Of a DNA stretch of 64,000 nt, positions 1-12,379 are shown piece by piece; the first letter of the stretch is position 1, and every line of letters starts with the position of its first letter. The stretch is taken from contig NC_134032.1 of NCBI RefSeq assembly GCF_964204645.1, forward strand, positions 12,636,275 to 12,700,274, given 5' to 3'. This DNA comes from Tubulanus polymorphus (taxonomy: Eukaryota > Animalia > Nemertea). The notes under the pieces are model-generated. The model was not told the DNA's origin, searched no databases, and saw nothing but the letters and a program-made list of their open reading frames with translations. The translations under genes were made by a program, and so were the position numbers.

Positions 1-425
1 CTGGTGGATCCTCACTTGCCACAAGTGGAATCCTCTATTGCTGCAGTAGTTGTTGTTCTACTACGCACTAGCACACCTGGTGGATCCTCACTTGCCACAA
101 GTAGAATCCTATTACGACAGTCGTTGATGTCCTACTGCACACTAGCACACTTGAAATTCAAGAAAACATCCAAGCCTAGTGGATCCTCACTTGCCACAAG
201 TAGAATCCTCTATTGCCACAGTAGTTGATGTCCTACTCCACACTAGCACACCTGGTGGATCCTCACTTGCCACAAGTGGAATCCTCTATTGCTGCAGTAG
301 TTGTTGTTCTACTACGCACTAGCACACCTGGTGGATCCTCACTTGCCACAAGTAGAATCCTATTACCACAGTTGTTGATGTCCTACTGCACACTAGCGCA
401 CCTGGTGGATCCTCACTTGCCACAT
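1..425 (+). repeat. Tandem array (~5.5 units) of a ~75-bp repeat belonging to a family dispersed through the window
   Basis: The unit CTGGTGGATCCTCACTTGCCACAAGTGGAATCCTCTATTG...CACTAGCACAC restarts at about 1, 77, 176, 252, 328 and 402. Degenerate copies occur at ~845-910, 16455-16570, 29600-29935, 37060-37350, 42405-42510, 49115-49548 and 62100-62220, in both orientations. The array lies in an ATP6V1H intron. Confidence 0.9.
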
Positions 426-460
426 TAGTTGTCATGATTTTCATTCGTATTGTTTTTCAG

Positions 461-2818
461 ACTGATTGCAGTACTCGGTGATAAAGTCGGATTTCAAATT
501 CAATATCAACTCATCTTCTGTTTATGGTGTTTAACTTTCAATCCTAAACTAACCGACAAACTGTCAGAGTAAGTGGCTTGAATCGGAAACCTGGTTACTT
601 GGATGGATTGAATTGTTTTTCAATTATCATTTTTTTACTCTTTTCAGATATAATATCATCCCGATTTTGGCCGACATTTTGACGGAATCGATCAAAGAAA
701 AAGTTATTCGAATCATTGTGGCCACTTTCCACGTAAGTGAATTAACTTGAACAAAAAATGCGGTGCCTGCTATAAGTTTGATGGTGTAGATTTTAATAGA
801 AATATAGAAGAAATTGAAACGCAAATAACTGAGTAACTATCAGTGCATCTGGTTGATCCTCACTTGTTACATGAGTGGAATCCTCTTTTGCCACAATGAT
901 TGATGCACTAGTTAAATTTGGTCTTGTCATGAGAGGAATTCTCACCACAGATACACTCCAAAAAGCTCATTAGAAAATAAATCGATTTTAACAGAGTTTT
1001 TGCCTTTTCGGTACTAAATGCTTAGCATTTTGTTTTATTTTGTAGAATTTATTAGAGAAATCAACTGATAAGGATATATCGCAGATGTACGCGTTATCGA
1101 TGGTTCAGTGTAAAGTATTGAAGCAGTTAGATTTATTGGAAGGCAGAAAGTTCGACGATCCCGATATCACCAACGACATGGAATACCTAAATGAATATCT
1201 ACAAGCTAGCGTCCGCGACCTCAGGTGAATATTTCATGCGATGCGAGTATGATAAAACCTCTCGTAAATGCGAATCAACCATTCGTGTGAAGTGTGGATA
1301 ATTACGTGCGCTGATAAAATATCCTATGCTTGATGTTTATTGTTAATTTTCAATTAAAAATGTCTCAGTTGAAGTACTGAACACAGGTGAAGTGTGGACG
1401 ATAAGTTTTTGAAAGTGTGCTCATAAAATGTCTAATATCTGGTGTTTGTTGTCATTTTCAATCAAAAATGTCTCAAATGTCTCAGTTGAAGTACTGAACA
1501 CATGTCACATGTGAAGTGTGGATTTTTTTGAAAGTGTGCTGATAAAATGTCTTGTTCTTTAATTAGAAACACGGTTATTTCTTCTAGTTCCTTTGATGAA
1601 TACTCAACCGAAGTGAAATCTGGACGATTAGAATGGAGCCCGGTGCATAAAACGGAGAAATTCTGGAGGGAATGCGCTCAACGCCTTAACGAGAAAAACT
1701 ACGAACTGTTAAAGTAAGTCTGTGATGACAGAATATCTTCTTGAATTTTGACTACGCTCTGCTGAGCATCGCTCATTTCATAGAATCTTGTTCTTTCGTT
1801 TATTTGTTTTAGAATATTGATAAAATTGATGGAGTCGAGTCGTGATCCGTTGATTTTGTCGGTAGCAGCTCACGATATCGGGGAATATGTGAGGCATTAT
1901 CCTCGAGGAAAACAGTAAGTATTCATCCTACAGTGTCTCACGATGCCATCAGCTTGAAATCTTTGTTAGGGAGGATATGTCTATATTAGGGTAGAGGTTT
2001 ATACTGTGACAGAGTCTCACGATGTCATCAGCTTGAAATCTTCATTATATGTCTATATTAGGGTAGAGGTTTATACTGTGACAGAGTCTCACGACGTCAT
2101 CAGCTTGACATCTAGAATGATATGTCTATATTAGGGTAGAGGTTTATACTGTGGCAGAGTCTCAGATTGTTAATCAATTTTTCCTTCACGTTATTTTTCA
2201 GCGTAATAGAACAATTAGGTGGTAAAGTTTTAGTAATGAAAATGTTATCGCATGAAGATCCGAATGTTCGCTATGAGGCACTTCTCGCTGTACAGAAAAT
2301 AATGGTTCATAACTGGTTAGTATTTAAACCTGTGTTGAAATCTGTGAATGTTTCCAGGGGCCGATCTAGGGAAATTGGAAGCAGGGGTGCAGAAGAAAAG
2401 ACTAAGGGATTTTTCAGATAAGGCAAGGCGTCATAGGCTATAAGTAGGGTTCCCACTGGGGTTTAATGATGTTTGTCTTGACATAAAGGATACCCTCAAT
2501 TGGAAAGCAAGGGTTCGGACCCCTGAGACCACCCTGGATTCTTGAGTACATTGCTTACAATGTCTTAGACATAGACTAAAGCTTTACTTTATATATATTC
2601 TTGATTGATAAATAAAGCTTTTATTGAAAAAAAAGCTAGCCATTCAAACGAAAGAGCAAACAATTTAAAAGGATCTTTGGGTGTAGGCAATCTGATGATG
2701 TCATAAAGAGATGGAATTCCTTAAACTTTCCTAAATCTTTGTTCTTCATGCTTTGTAATTTTTGTACCTTTTTCATCTTTTTTTCAGGGAATATTTGTCG
2801 CGCGCTACAGGAGTATGA
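461..2818 (+). CDS. ATP6V1H: V-type proton ATPase subunit H, 3' part (5' exons lie outside the window)
   Basis: Phase-consistent GT-AG exons: 461-568, 648-732, 1046-1224, 1588-1713, 1813-1914, 2202-2315, 2788-2818 (TGA). The translation includes [88 protein letters not shown] and [23 protein letters not shown], which are hallmark subunit H sequences. Confidence 0.96.
1930..2165 (+). repeat. Intronic ~72-bp tandem repeat, ~3.3 copies
   Basis: Repeated ACAGAGTCTCACGATGTCATCAGCTTGA...ATGTCTATATTAGGGTAGAGGTTTATACTGTG. Confidence 0.85.
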
Positions 2819-5023
2819 ATAATTAGTAAACAAAATAGATGATTAAATATAGCATAAATCTTATATTCTCCATCTATAATAATAGTATGTTATCAATTAT
2901 ATTTGGGAGATGACGATATCTGGACTATCAGGGCGCGCTTGTGTGCGTGCTGTGCTGTGATGAGACCATCAAAAACGATGATGATGGTGATGATATCAAA
3001 ACCTCTCTAAAATCTAGTCATTCCATTTACATAATTCTCCATTCGGAAAAAATAGAAACACGTGTACGTTATATAGATATTAAACTTAGATGAAAATTTT
3101 ACATTGTATTCAGTTAAACCGTGGACTCGAGGCATGGTTAAATGCAGATGATAAGTTATTATGATAAATGTACGATAGATATTTGTGTCCCTGTTCGTGA
3201 TCGACCAATCGGATCGTTGGATTAAGACCATCGACCAATCGGATCGCTGGATTAGCTGGTTCCGTTGCATTTCAGTAGACTCCTCCTTACTGTAGTTCAT
3301 ATTTCACGATTTGTCGGTTGCTGAGTGAAAACCCTCAATCTTTTCATCCCTTTCGGTATTCGAACCTGATAGCAACGGGACTCGTTCACGATCAGTGTCA
3401 GGTTGGTGCGAGATTTCTCTGGTCGGTGACATCCGATTGTCAAACCACAGTCAATCCAGTAACCTAAAATCTTTACAAAGATCTTGGAATGACTTGAAAT
3501 GACTTCCAATTTTATTATCAACTCGGCGAAATATTTGCCGCTCCCCAACGCTATCTCGAGTTCCTCGATTCTATATTCCGATAAATAACTTCATCGAGTA
3601 AGGCCGAGTCCACTGTCGGCGAATGGAGCGTACTGAGAGAATTTTGTGCTAGCACCGAGCTAGAATTTTACCTGTTCTATTAGAATTATCTACAATGTGC
3701 TAAGAGAATCAAACTACAGTGTAGATGTAGCCGATACTCGTCTCGGAGATGGATTAGACTAGTGTATTGAAAGCCTGTTTATTGTATGCCTTGTATGTAT
3801 GCTATATTATGATGTATATACCTTGAATAATGATAAAAAGAAAAAACAAACATTGCTGTGAATTTGACTTGATTCTAATCTGATCGGTGACTCTGTTATC
3901 TGGACCCGGACAGTTTGCAATCATATTATAACTTCTAAATCAGCAAAGCTCCGTGACCTCATCCGTGGCATTCTGAAGAAGAGTGTCCGTCGCGGGAACG
4001 AGCATGTCCAACCATCTTACTTGAAAGGTGAAGGGATTTGAGGTCTGGGCGTGCTGGGGAGTCGGGGCGGATCTATAGGTCTGAGCGTACAGAAGAACAG
4101 GCACTTCGACTCGGCTAAACAGCACCCACGGCGAAGGTCACTAACGAGGCGCCACCCTCATTGTTAGACACGGAAGACATTGTTCTAGAACGATGCTACT
4201 TTGCGAGATGATTAGAGGTAAATAAACAGAGCCGATTTAAATGAGAACCAATCACCACAACAGGGAGATAAAAAGAACATCATGTGCCAATCAAAAGCAA
4301 TATATGGCTTTAATATATGGCTTTTATGAATTAATGTTGAAAGTTCGATTGTCGTCTTTCGTAACTCTCTGCCAAATCATCTTGTGTTATGTTCACTTGT
4401 TGATTTAGGTTCCCCACGTCAGGTCCACCTGCCATCTGAGCCCAGATGGAGGCAACCATCAAGCTTAGTAGAATAACGAGTTCGATAAAGTAATCTGAAA
4501 TTTTTGAACGCAAATGAGATACCATCGGAAAAAGTCGTCACAGATTATTGAACGATTTTAGAATTCCCCTGGAATTTTTCATGGCTTATGTAGATTAAGA
4601 GAACTTTTCTTGAGGAGAAATACCCTGGTTTGTCTATTTCACCGTTTTAATTTCGCTCCGGACACAGTCTTCAAAAAATTTAAAAATGACTTACTACTTA
4701 GCATTTTTGATGGCGGAACGCGTAAATCCTACACCAGTCCTGGAAAAGGATATTTCTGAGCACATGTATAAGAAACATTACATCGTCAATAAGCGCACAC
4801 AATCATGATCACTATCATCTAATAAAGCTATATTGTTTTATGCATCGTTTTAGCGTCCGTATTTGCATCCAGGAAACCATGATTTTTTGCATGGCGTATA
4901 TTGCATGGACGATTTTTTACTTGGCCCGAATCAGCACCGAATTTCTTGAATAGCCATTAAACTAATTTCCGATAGTATTAATAATTACGCAATCAAGCCT
5001 TATGGTGATGGCATCCGATATCC

Positions 5024-5552
5024 ACCCCAGTGAAGTTCATTACTTGTTCCTTATTCCTTATTCGATAACTTATTGAGAATTCATCTCCCAATAAGGAACA
5101 AGGAACAAGTAACTGTTACTTGTTCCTTATTCAGATTATCTCGTCTTAACTTCATCCCAATAAGGAACAAGTAACTTATTCCTTATTCCATTACTTATTG
5201 ATAATTCATCTAATAAGGAACAAGTAACATGTTCCTTGTTCCTTATTCAGATTTTCTGGTCTTTACTTATTGATAATTCATCTAATAAGGAACAAGTAAC
5301 TTGTTTCTTATCCCTTATTCCATTACTTATTGAGAATTCATCTCCCAATAAGGAACAAGTAACATGTTACTTGTTCCTTGTTCCTTATTCAGATTTTCGT
5401 CTTTACCGGTTCAATTTTCGTTACTTATTGAGAATTCATCGCCCAATAAGGAACAAGGAACAAGTTAGGCCTACTTGTTCCTTATTGGGCGATGAATTCC
5501 GAATAAGTAATGAAATAAGGAATAAGGAACAAGTAATGAACTTCACTGGGGT
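5024..5552. mobile_element. Non-autonomous foldback/Mutator-like element with modular internal repeats
   Basis: 39-bp perfect terminal inverted repeat ACCCCAGTGAAGTTCATTACTTGTTCCTTATTCCTTATT, extending imperfectly further in. The interior is built of AATAAGGAACAAGTAA / TTACTTGTTCCTTATT modules. A 9-bp target-site duplication CCGATATCC lies at 5015-5023 and 5553-5561. Confidence 0.88.
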
Positions 5553-5811
5553 CCGATATCCCTCCATCGTTGAGATCGGTGCAAGAGCGGAGGCGGGCTA
5601 AGTGGCCCGGGCCCCCTACTTTTTCGGCATAACAATTGTTCATTACCTGGCTTAAGAAAGTCACACATGCAGAGGCCATCTGTGTTATAGAATCGAAATA
5701 TGATCAATTTTTCGACACTCGCAGCCATGTACAAGTATATACGTACTATATACACCAATAAATCCAGGATACTTTGGCCCCCCTATTCTATATTTGGGTG
5801 CCACCCATAAG

Positions 5812-6105
5812 ATGGTTCTTCAATCACGATAGGTAGAACACAATATCCGTGTTGATGAGGAGAGAATCCCACAATGATAATAAAAAGTCCGAAAATGAAA
5901 CTTCGAGATAGTAGTTTATTTCAACGTTTCGACTATATCCTAATAGTCATCTTCAGGAATAATATTATTCCTGATTCCTATACATCTTATTCCTGAAGAT
6001 GACTATTAGGATATAGTCGAAACGTTGAAATAAACTACTATCTCGAAGTTTCATTTTCGGACTTTTTATTATCATTGTGGGATTCTCTCCTCATGGTTCT
6101 TCAAT
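5812..6105. mobile_element. Penelope-like element remnant (inverted pLTR palindrome)
   Basis: Perfect 108-bp inverted arms at 5855-5962 and 5987-6094, a 30-bp tail on one side only (5825-5854), a flanking 13-bp duplication ATGGTTCTTCAAT (5812-5824 and 6093-6105), and a hammerhead core inside the arms. Confidence 0.75.
5987..6033 (+). ncRNA. Minimal type I hammerhead ribozyme-like motif (mirror copy on the - strand in the other arm)
   Basis: CUGAAGA-U (5993-6000), stem II GACUAU/AUAGUC, GAAA, palindromic ACGU stem III, GUU cleavage triplet, short stem I UUC/GAA. Confidence 0.62.
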
Positions 6106-6571
6106 ACTTACGTGAGAAGAAGTATGTTGTTCGCTTGTTAGGTCTACAATGACTGCATAGTAGAAATCATCGAGAAATATATTGGACAGCGTGAATTCGG
6201 TTTGTTTTAACAGGTTCCATCTCGATCAGGATTGAAGTGAGTTGTTGTTCACTATGGAAAGATCACACCTGTCCCCCCGAGTATGAAACGGGATTCCTCA
6301 CTGTTGTTCAAAATCAGTCGATTTTTGAATCGCTTTTTCGTGCGAAGGTCAAATTCGCTCGATATAATTCCGCGGGAAACGGCATTATTTTTTCCCTGTC
6401 AAAAGAGCACCGCCACCAGAATGCCTTCTACGTTAATCAGGTAAACCTCGAAACGAAAAAAAGTATCATTTCCTCTTTGAATCTTTTGCGGTCGATTCGA
6501 TTGTGGTGATAATAGATGATTGTCAAGCGTCAAAATTATAACTATCAGAATATGTATAGGCAAAACTTTCG

Positions 6572-7955
6572 AGGTTCGTGAAGTTCAATTGACGAGTGAC
6601 GAAATTCGTCAATTTTTAAGGAGAAGTTATAGTTTGACGAATTGACGAATTGACGAAATCGTATTTTGGGTTTTTTATCACTACAGGGTCCCAGGGGCCT
6701 AAAACATATAAAATGTGTGATATAAAGAGGTGACCGGGCACGGGCCCGTTGGTGATATGGCTTTATTGCAAGGTTCCTTTCGTCAATTCTTCAAGCTGAA
6801 TTGACGAAATCGTATTTTGGGTTATTTTATCACTACAGGGTCCCAGGGGCCTATAACATATAAAATGTGTGATATAAAGAGGTGACCGGGCACGGGCCCG
6901 ATGGTGATATGGCTTTATTGCAAGGTTCCTTTCGTCAATTCTTCAAGCTGAATTGACGAAATCGTATTTTGGGGTTTTTTAGGCACTACAGAGTCCGAGA
7001 GCCTATAACGATATAAAATATGTAATTTAAACGGGTGACCGGGCACGAGCCCGATTGTGATATGGCTTTATTCCAAGGTTCCTTTCGTCAATTCTTCAAG
7101 CTGAATTGACGAAATCGTATTTTGGGGGTTTTTTAGGCACTACAGAGTCCGAGAGCCTATAACGATATAAAATATGTAATTTAAACGGGTGACCGGGCAC
7201 GAGCCCGATTGTGATATGGCTTTATTCCAAGGTTCCTTTCGTCAATTCTTCAAGCTGAATTGACGAAATCGTATTTTGGGGTTTTTAGGCACTACAGAGC
7301 CCGAGAGCCTATAACGATATAAAATATGTGATTTAAACAGGTGACCGGGCACGGGCCCGATGGTGATATGGCTAGCAATAACAAAGGTTACGGCAAATTC
7401 GATGGAATTAGAAGATATAATGGTGTGCGTTGACTTCAAATCCGTTGCAAAATCAATCCATGTCATATAGGGCCCGGTCCTACTGGTGCTATGACCTATT
7501 TAAACGAATCATGACGCGGAGAATTGTTGGTCAGCCATTCACAACGCTCTTGCGAGTGATCTTATTTCGTCACAACGTTTAAACAAACTTCGTGAATTTC
7601 GTCAATTTTTTCGTCAATTCGTCAGCTACATTGACGAATTGACGAAATCGACGAAATTGACGAAATCGTATTTCGGCATTTTTTGGGTTCTACAGGGTCC
7701 CCATGGGCCTTTTAGGATATAGAATACGTGATTTAAACAGGTGACCGGATGCGGGCCCGATGGTGATATGGCAATAGATAACAAAGGTTACAGCAAAATC
7801 TATAGAATCAGGACATATAAAGGTGTGCGTTGACTTCAAATTCGTTGCAAAATCAACTATAATCAACTATAACGTCAAACTATAACTTCTCCTTAAAAAT
7901 TGACCAATTTCGTCACTCGTCAATGCGTCACTCGTCAATCTTACTTCACGAACCT
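6572..7955. mobile_element. 1.38-kb non-autonomous Mutator/foldback-like DNA transposon with an internal ~152-bp tandem array
   Basis: The TIR AGGTTCGTGAAG...TTTTTAAGGAGAAGTTATAGTTTGACG is mirrored at ~7873-7955. A 9-bp TSD AAACTTTCG lies at 6563-6571 and 7956-7964. Internal units begin at about 6648, 6799, 6951, 7104 and 7258, with a further diverged unit at ~7656. No transposase ORF. Confidence 0.9.
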
Positions 7956-8361
7956 AAACTTTCGCATATATAGACGTGCATGCATATGCAGTCTACAGAT
8001 TTAGAAAATGGATATGTTTAAAATCTAAAATATATATTTCGAATTGAAAATACATCGTAAAAATAGCATTTGCAATGCAAGAATGGAGTAAAATAGTGTT
8101 CTATGCATATTCTATGATTAATTCATGGTCCTTCCTGGTGGAAAATCAGCCCTTCCCTTACCATTCAAAGTTGGATTGGTTCAGAAACAATTTTTTAATC
8201 GATGGAGTAATACGGACGCGTTACCCCACTGTCACTATCTACGAATGGCGCGGCGATAGTGGCGGTATATATCATAAAAGATCACTTAGCCTACATATCG
8301 TCTAGCGAAACGAAAACTACTTAAACTGATTAATTCTTCTTCAAACCCGGCCACTTAAGTG

Positions 8362-8375
8362 GTTGCCATGGCGAC
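8362..8375. promoter_or_regulatory. RFX X-box-like palindrome in the probable promoter of the Myb/SANT gene
   Basis: GTTGCCATGGCGAC differs by one base from GTTGCCATGGCAAC. It is followed by a (CT)n tract at 8434-8463, a probable non-coding first exon ending at donor CAG|GTAAGT (8687), and a DRE-like TATCGATA at 8769-8776. Confidence 0.45.
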
Positions 8376-9778
8376 CATTATCACCGAACGTCACTTAAGT
8401 ATAGCGACCCAATTTGCTCTAGCTAGCTCCATACTCTCTCTCTCTCTCTCTTTCTCTCTCTCTATCTACACAGTGCACGCCGTGTATAGATAGTGAATTG
8501 TGTTTGATATTATTAACGCTGTCCTTATTAAGTGAAGTATTCGACGTTATGAGGAAGGATTTTCAATGATATATCATTTTGCGTGTTGTATACGTGATGA
8601 TAGATAAAGCGGATGGCTGATCTGGTCTGCGGCGGCTGCTGCTGCTGAGAGTGAACGGAATAGAGCATTGGGGCAACTCATCAGCAGGTAAGTCCGCAAA
8701 ACGCGTCTCGTCCTCTTAGTCCTCTTCGACATAGCCAAGCGGATTCGAGTTTTTATTGTGAAGCTATATATCGATAAAACGATGTACTCGTATCGATCAG
8801 CGTGGTAAAAACCAGATGTACGTACTTCATATTTAGCAGTTATTTATTTAAACAGAGGAAAAATTCAATTGTCTGTTTAACGATCTATCATCTATAACCA
8901 TCGATTCTATTAACGAATCGTTTCAAGCCGACTCAGAGTGAAGACCAGAAGCCAAAACAACCTAAACCTACCAAGACGGACTAAGTATGATCATTGACTC
9001 TAAACCGGGCTCCGGTCGATTCGGGGAAATTCTGCGACCGCCAGCCATCACGCCGCGTCGCAGAGCAACAACTCTCGCATTGCGTCGCAAGTCGACCTAC
9101 GCCCGGCTTTAAGAGTCGTCCATGATCAAACTTTAGTTCATGTATTTGGGGCTCCTGGTCATCGAAGGTCGGACTGATCCACTGTGACCCCCTCTCGAAC
9201 TAAAGGTATTATGTTGATTGTCGAATAATGGTTCATCGATAAAAAATGCAGATTTTGACCCTCAACGCCAGGAGGGCATACCGGAAATTCATTCCACTTT
9301 AAAAAACCACTTAAAAAAATAAGGCGATACGATGATTGCGTCCGCATTTTTCGAATGTAAGATGCCGATTAAGGGATTTATAAAAAGTCCCATCATTTCG
9401 GTAACCAACTTATGTATCGTTTATAGCGGGAAAATAGATTCTCGTGGATGTAAAATTTCCTCCTGGTTTTAACAATTAAAGCGATGGAATTTTGGATCGA
9501 GAAATTTGTGAGTCGTTCGTTAAGATTCTACCCAGTACCCTATTATAACCTATTATATCTATATGCCATTCGCACTTGGGTACCGCGTTCGATGAGGATG
9601 GGGAGAGATCTGTGAAATTTCAATACACAGTGGTGGTACTGGTTTGTGAGGCCCACAGAATCATTGCCGCTTTTGCTAATTGTTTTACCTCTTCTTTACA
9701 GAACTGTCCTTTTATTTAACGGCCAAAGCTCCGAACAAGGATTTTCCAAGTATATATTATTACCGAGTGAAATCAATT

Positions 9779-11497
9779 ATGTCGACGGAAGTGTTTTCTG
9801 AGAAGAGCGGCGCATGCGCAGTGGTCGTCAAACAGGAGCCAATCGACGATTTTCCCGCCACGGCGCCAACGAATTCGTCGGTTGCCAAGGTACCGCGTAT
9901 CGTGCATCAGCGTAAAATGAACTTCACCCCCAACGAAGTTTCCGAACTGATCGGACTCATTCAGAAATACAAAGAATCCCTGTTCGGACCGTATCCGTTT
10001 CGAATCAAACGCGAATGTTGGTACCGCATCGCCAACGAGTTGGCCGACGTCGAAGGCGGTACGGAAAGGTCACCGGAGGAGGTCAAGAAAAAGTGGGAGA
10101 ATCTTCAACACGACACGAAGTCGAAAATCGCCATGTTTCAAAAATGTAACGGAAAAATACCGAATATCAATTGGACGGAAAATAACGACGTCGTCCTCGA
10201 GATAATCGAGAGTCGCAATCTATTGAGTATGTCAGCGCCATCTGTCGCCCAGATGACGAAAATATCCGAACAGCAGACGACAGGGAAACGTGGTTTAGCG
10301 GAAGATGGCGTCACCACCGTGGAGGGGACTGAATATCCACCGGAGAAAAGGTAAACCTGAGTTCATCGTTGGGTGATCGTATTTCTTAAAATACGGATAT
10401 TCATGTATTTGTCACTAGGGGGCGCTCGTACCGTGGTCCCGTCAGTTTTTTTGTAACTCTTCAGATGTTTCTCCCAATGATACCAATTCGATTTAGGCTA
10501 CCGGGCGTATGGCCCAGTCCAGCGATTCCATCAGTTGCTCGCGAGCATCCATGCCCCGAGGATATGTCCATTGGAGCTTGGGTTTGGTAGAGTCTCGTTC
10601 GAATCCTATGGGCCGAGACATCTTGTATTTACCATATGCGTCCTTATAACAGTTTTGAATTCGTATTTGCTCTTTTTCAGGAAGAAATCCACAGAGACGT
10701 CACAGCAGACGATCAGCTCAACGAGTTCGACGTTAACCCCTTCTTCCTCAGTAACTCTTACCATTCCTACTTTACCGGCTAGTATGCTGTCCGGTGCCGC
10801 CGATACATCAACCGGTCAAACTACGGTTAAGTATTGCAACCGGGCTTTCGTGAGCGGAGCATGCGCTCAGACGATAGTTCAATCGTCTGCCAGTGATCAA
10901 TACAACAACAACAACAATAACAGCACCACCTCAACTCATTCGAACATTGGACAAAATTTATCATCATTGTTGTTCAATTCTAACGCCGCTAAACAACCGT
11001 TACTGAGCAACCGTCGGCTCTCGGCGGCAGTGACGTCACTTACTGGAAATAACAGACCTAAACGGAGTGTACCCCACGAATTGGATTCGGGTTTTAATAC
11101 CGAGAGGCTGATGTTTTCCGAGGCCCAAAATGGGATTCAACCGAACGGTGAAATTTCACCCATGGCGTCTCCACTCTCGTCATCGCCTCGGAGTGTCACA
11201 AACAGTAGCGCCGCAGATCTTTGCGTGATAGGTGCCGAAAATGATTTCAGCCAACGCGATCTTAATCCAAATTTTAATAACCATTCGAACAACGATTTCT
11301 TGAAATTGCGTTCGTCTGAAATGAACGTTCCGTCACCCGGGGGCGATGCAGGTCGTCCCGCGATGGACGCGGAGGAGCGAGAAATTCGTTTGGATGTGCT
11401 GAAATTGGAGAAACAGGCGTGGCAGTTAAAAATCGATTTATTGGAGGAAAAATTGAAATATCAACGACGACTCAACGAAAAACTCTTAGCTGAATAA
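9779..11497 (+). CDS. Myb/SANT-like DNA-binding domain protein (MSANTD/NAIF1-like), ~462 aa
   Basis: Coding exons 9779-10350 and 10681-11497 with a phase-2 GT-AG intron; 5'UTR acceptor at 9701. Myb/SANT-like motif RKMNFTPNEVSELIGLI...KRECWYRIANEL...RSPEEVKKKWENL, a VKQE SUMO consensus, a Ser/Thr/Asn low-complexity middle, and a C-terminal coiled coil EEREIRLDVLKLEKQAWQLKIDLLEEKL. Confidence 0.9.
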
Positions 11498-12379
11498 GTA
11501 GTATTTTCGGTCTTTCCTTGATGACCAATCGACCTTAAATAAAGCGAGTCCGGTGGCCCATATTATGTAAAGAAGCCTACACGCGACTAATAGCCAAACT
11601 TGGTCAATTCCAATGATTTGTCCAAATAATAAGGATCTAATTTGAATAATAAAATATTTATTTTTAGCGACTTAATAATGCCCTGCTTGTAATTTTTTGC
11701 AATCCTTCTGAATCGTGATTTTGTTAGTTTTCTTTCAATTTGAGTTCCAATGCCAGCACGTGCTCTCGCCAACGGCACCGACCGCCAATACGTAACTACA
11801 AACTGGTGCTGCCACCTCGTTGTCGGTTATTAGATCATCACCAATCTGAAGGTCGTCGACCGACCTCATTATATTTTGTTTCACGAAGTTCGCGGAAACG
11901 GTGTCTGGAAAACCATTTTTACCGCATAAAATGAATTTGTAATTATGTATGTGAGGATTAAAATGGTTTCAGAATAAAGTTTTAGATGATGTTGACATTG
12001 TTGAACAGAAGCTGTGACGATGTTTGATGTTATGATTTGTTGTTAAGATCGATTCGTGAGGATGACATTTTGATGACATTTTGAAGCGCAGGATACACCT
12101 ACCGTCTCGATCTTTTCGAGAATGAGTTAACTTTTCGAGGATAAATTAATCTTGACGGTTCATTCGATCGATAGCGAGAGAAAGAGTTACTCTAATTTTA
12201 GTCGTCATTCCCGGATTGTGGACGTGGTTTAGTTTTATGATGGACAAACTCAAAAAAGCCTAAGCGACTGAATTTAAGTGACGAACTGATTAGAAATGAA
12301 CTTTTCTTTAATAAGATGATTGAAAAACATTTGGATTAAATGGATTTGAACAGAAGTGAAATTAAGATTATTATGAGTT

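Noticed and set aside
4-428. ORFs at 4-228 and 225-428 and similar ones at 49091-49634 and 62070-62258
   Set aside because: They are translations of the ~75-bp repeat family, located in introns or intergenic DNA.
3297-4525. Minus-strand ORFs, including a signal-peptide-like one at 4331-4525, as a secreted-protein gene
   Set aside because: I could not join them into a frame-consistent spliced gene, since stops follow the candidate acceptors, and no family motif is present.
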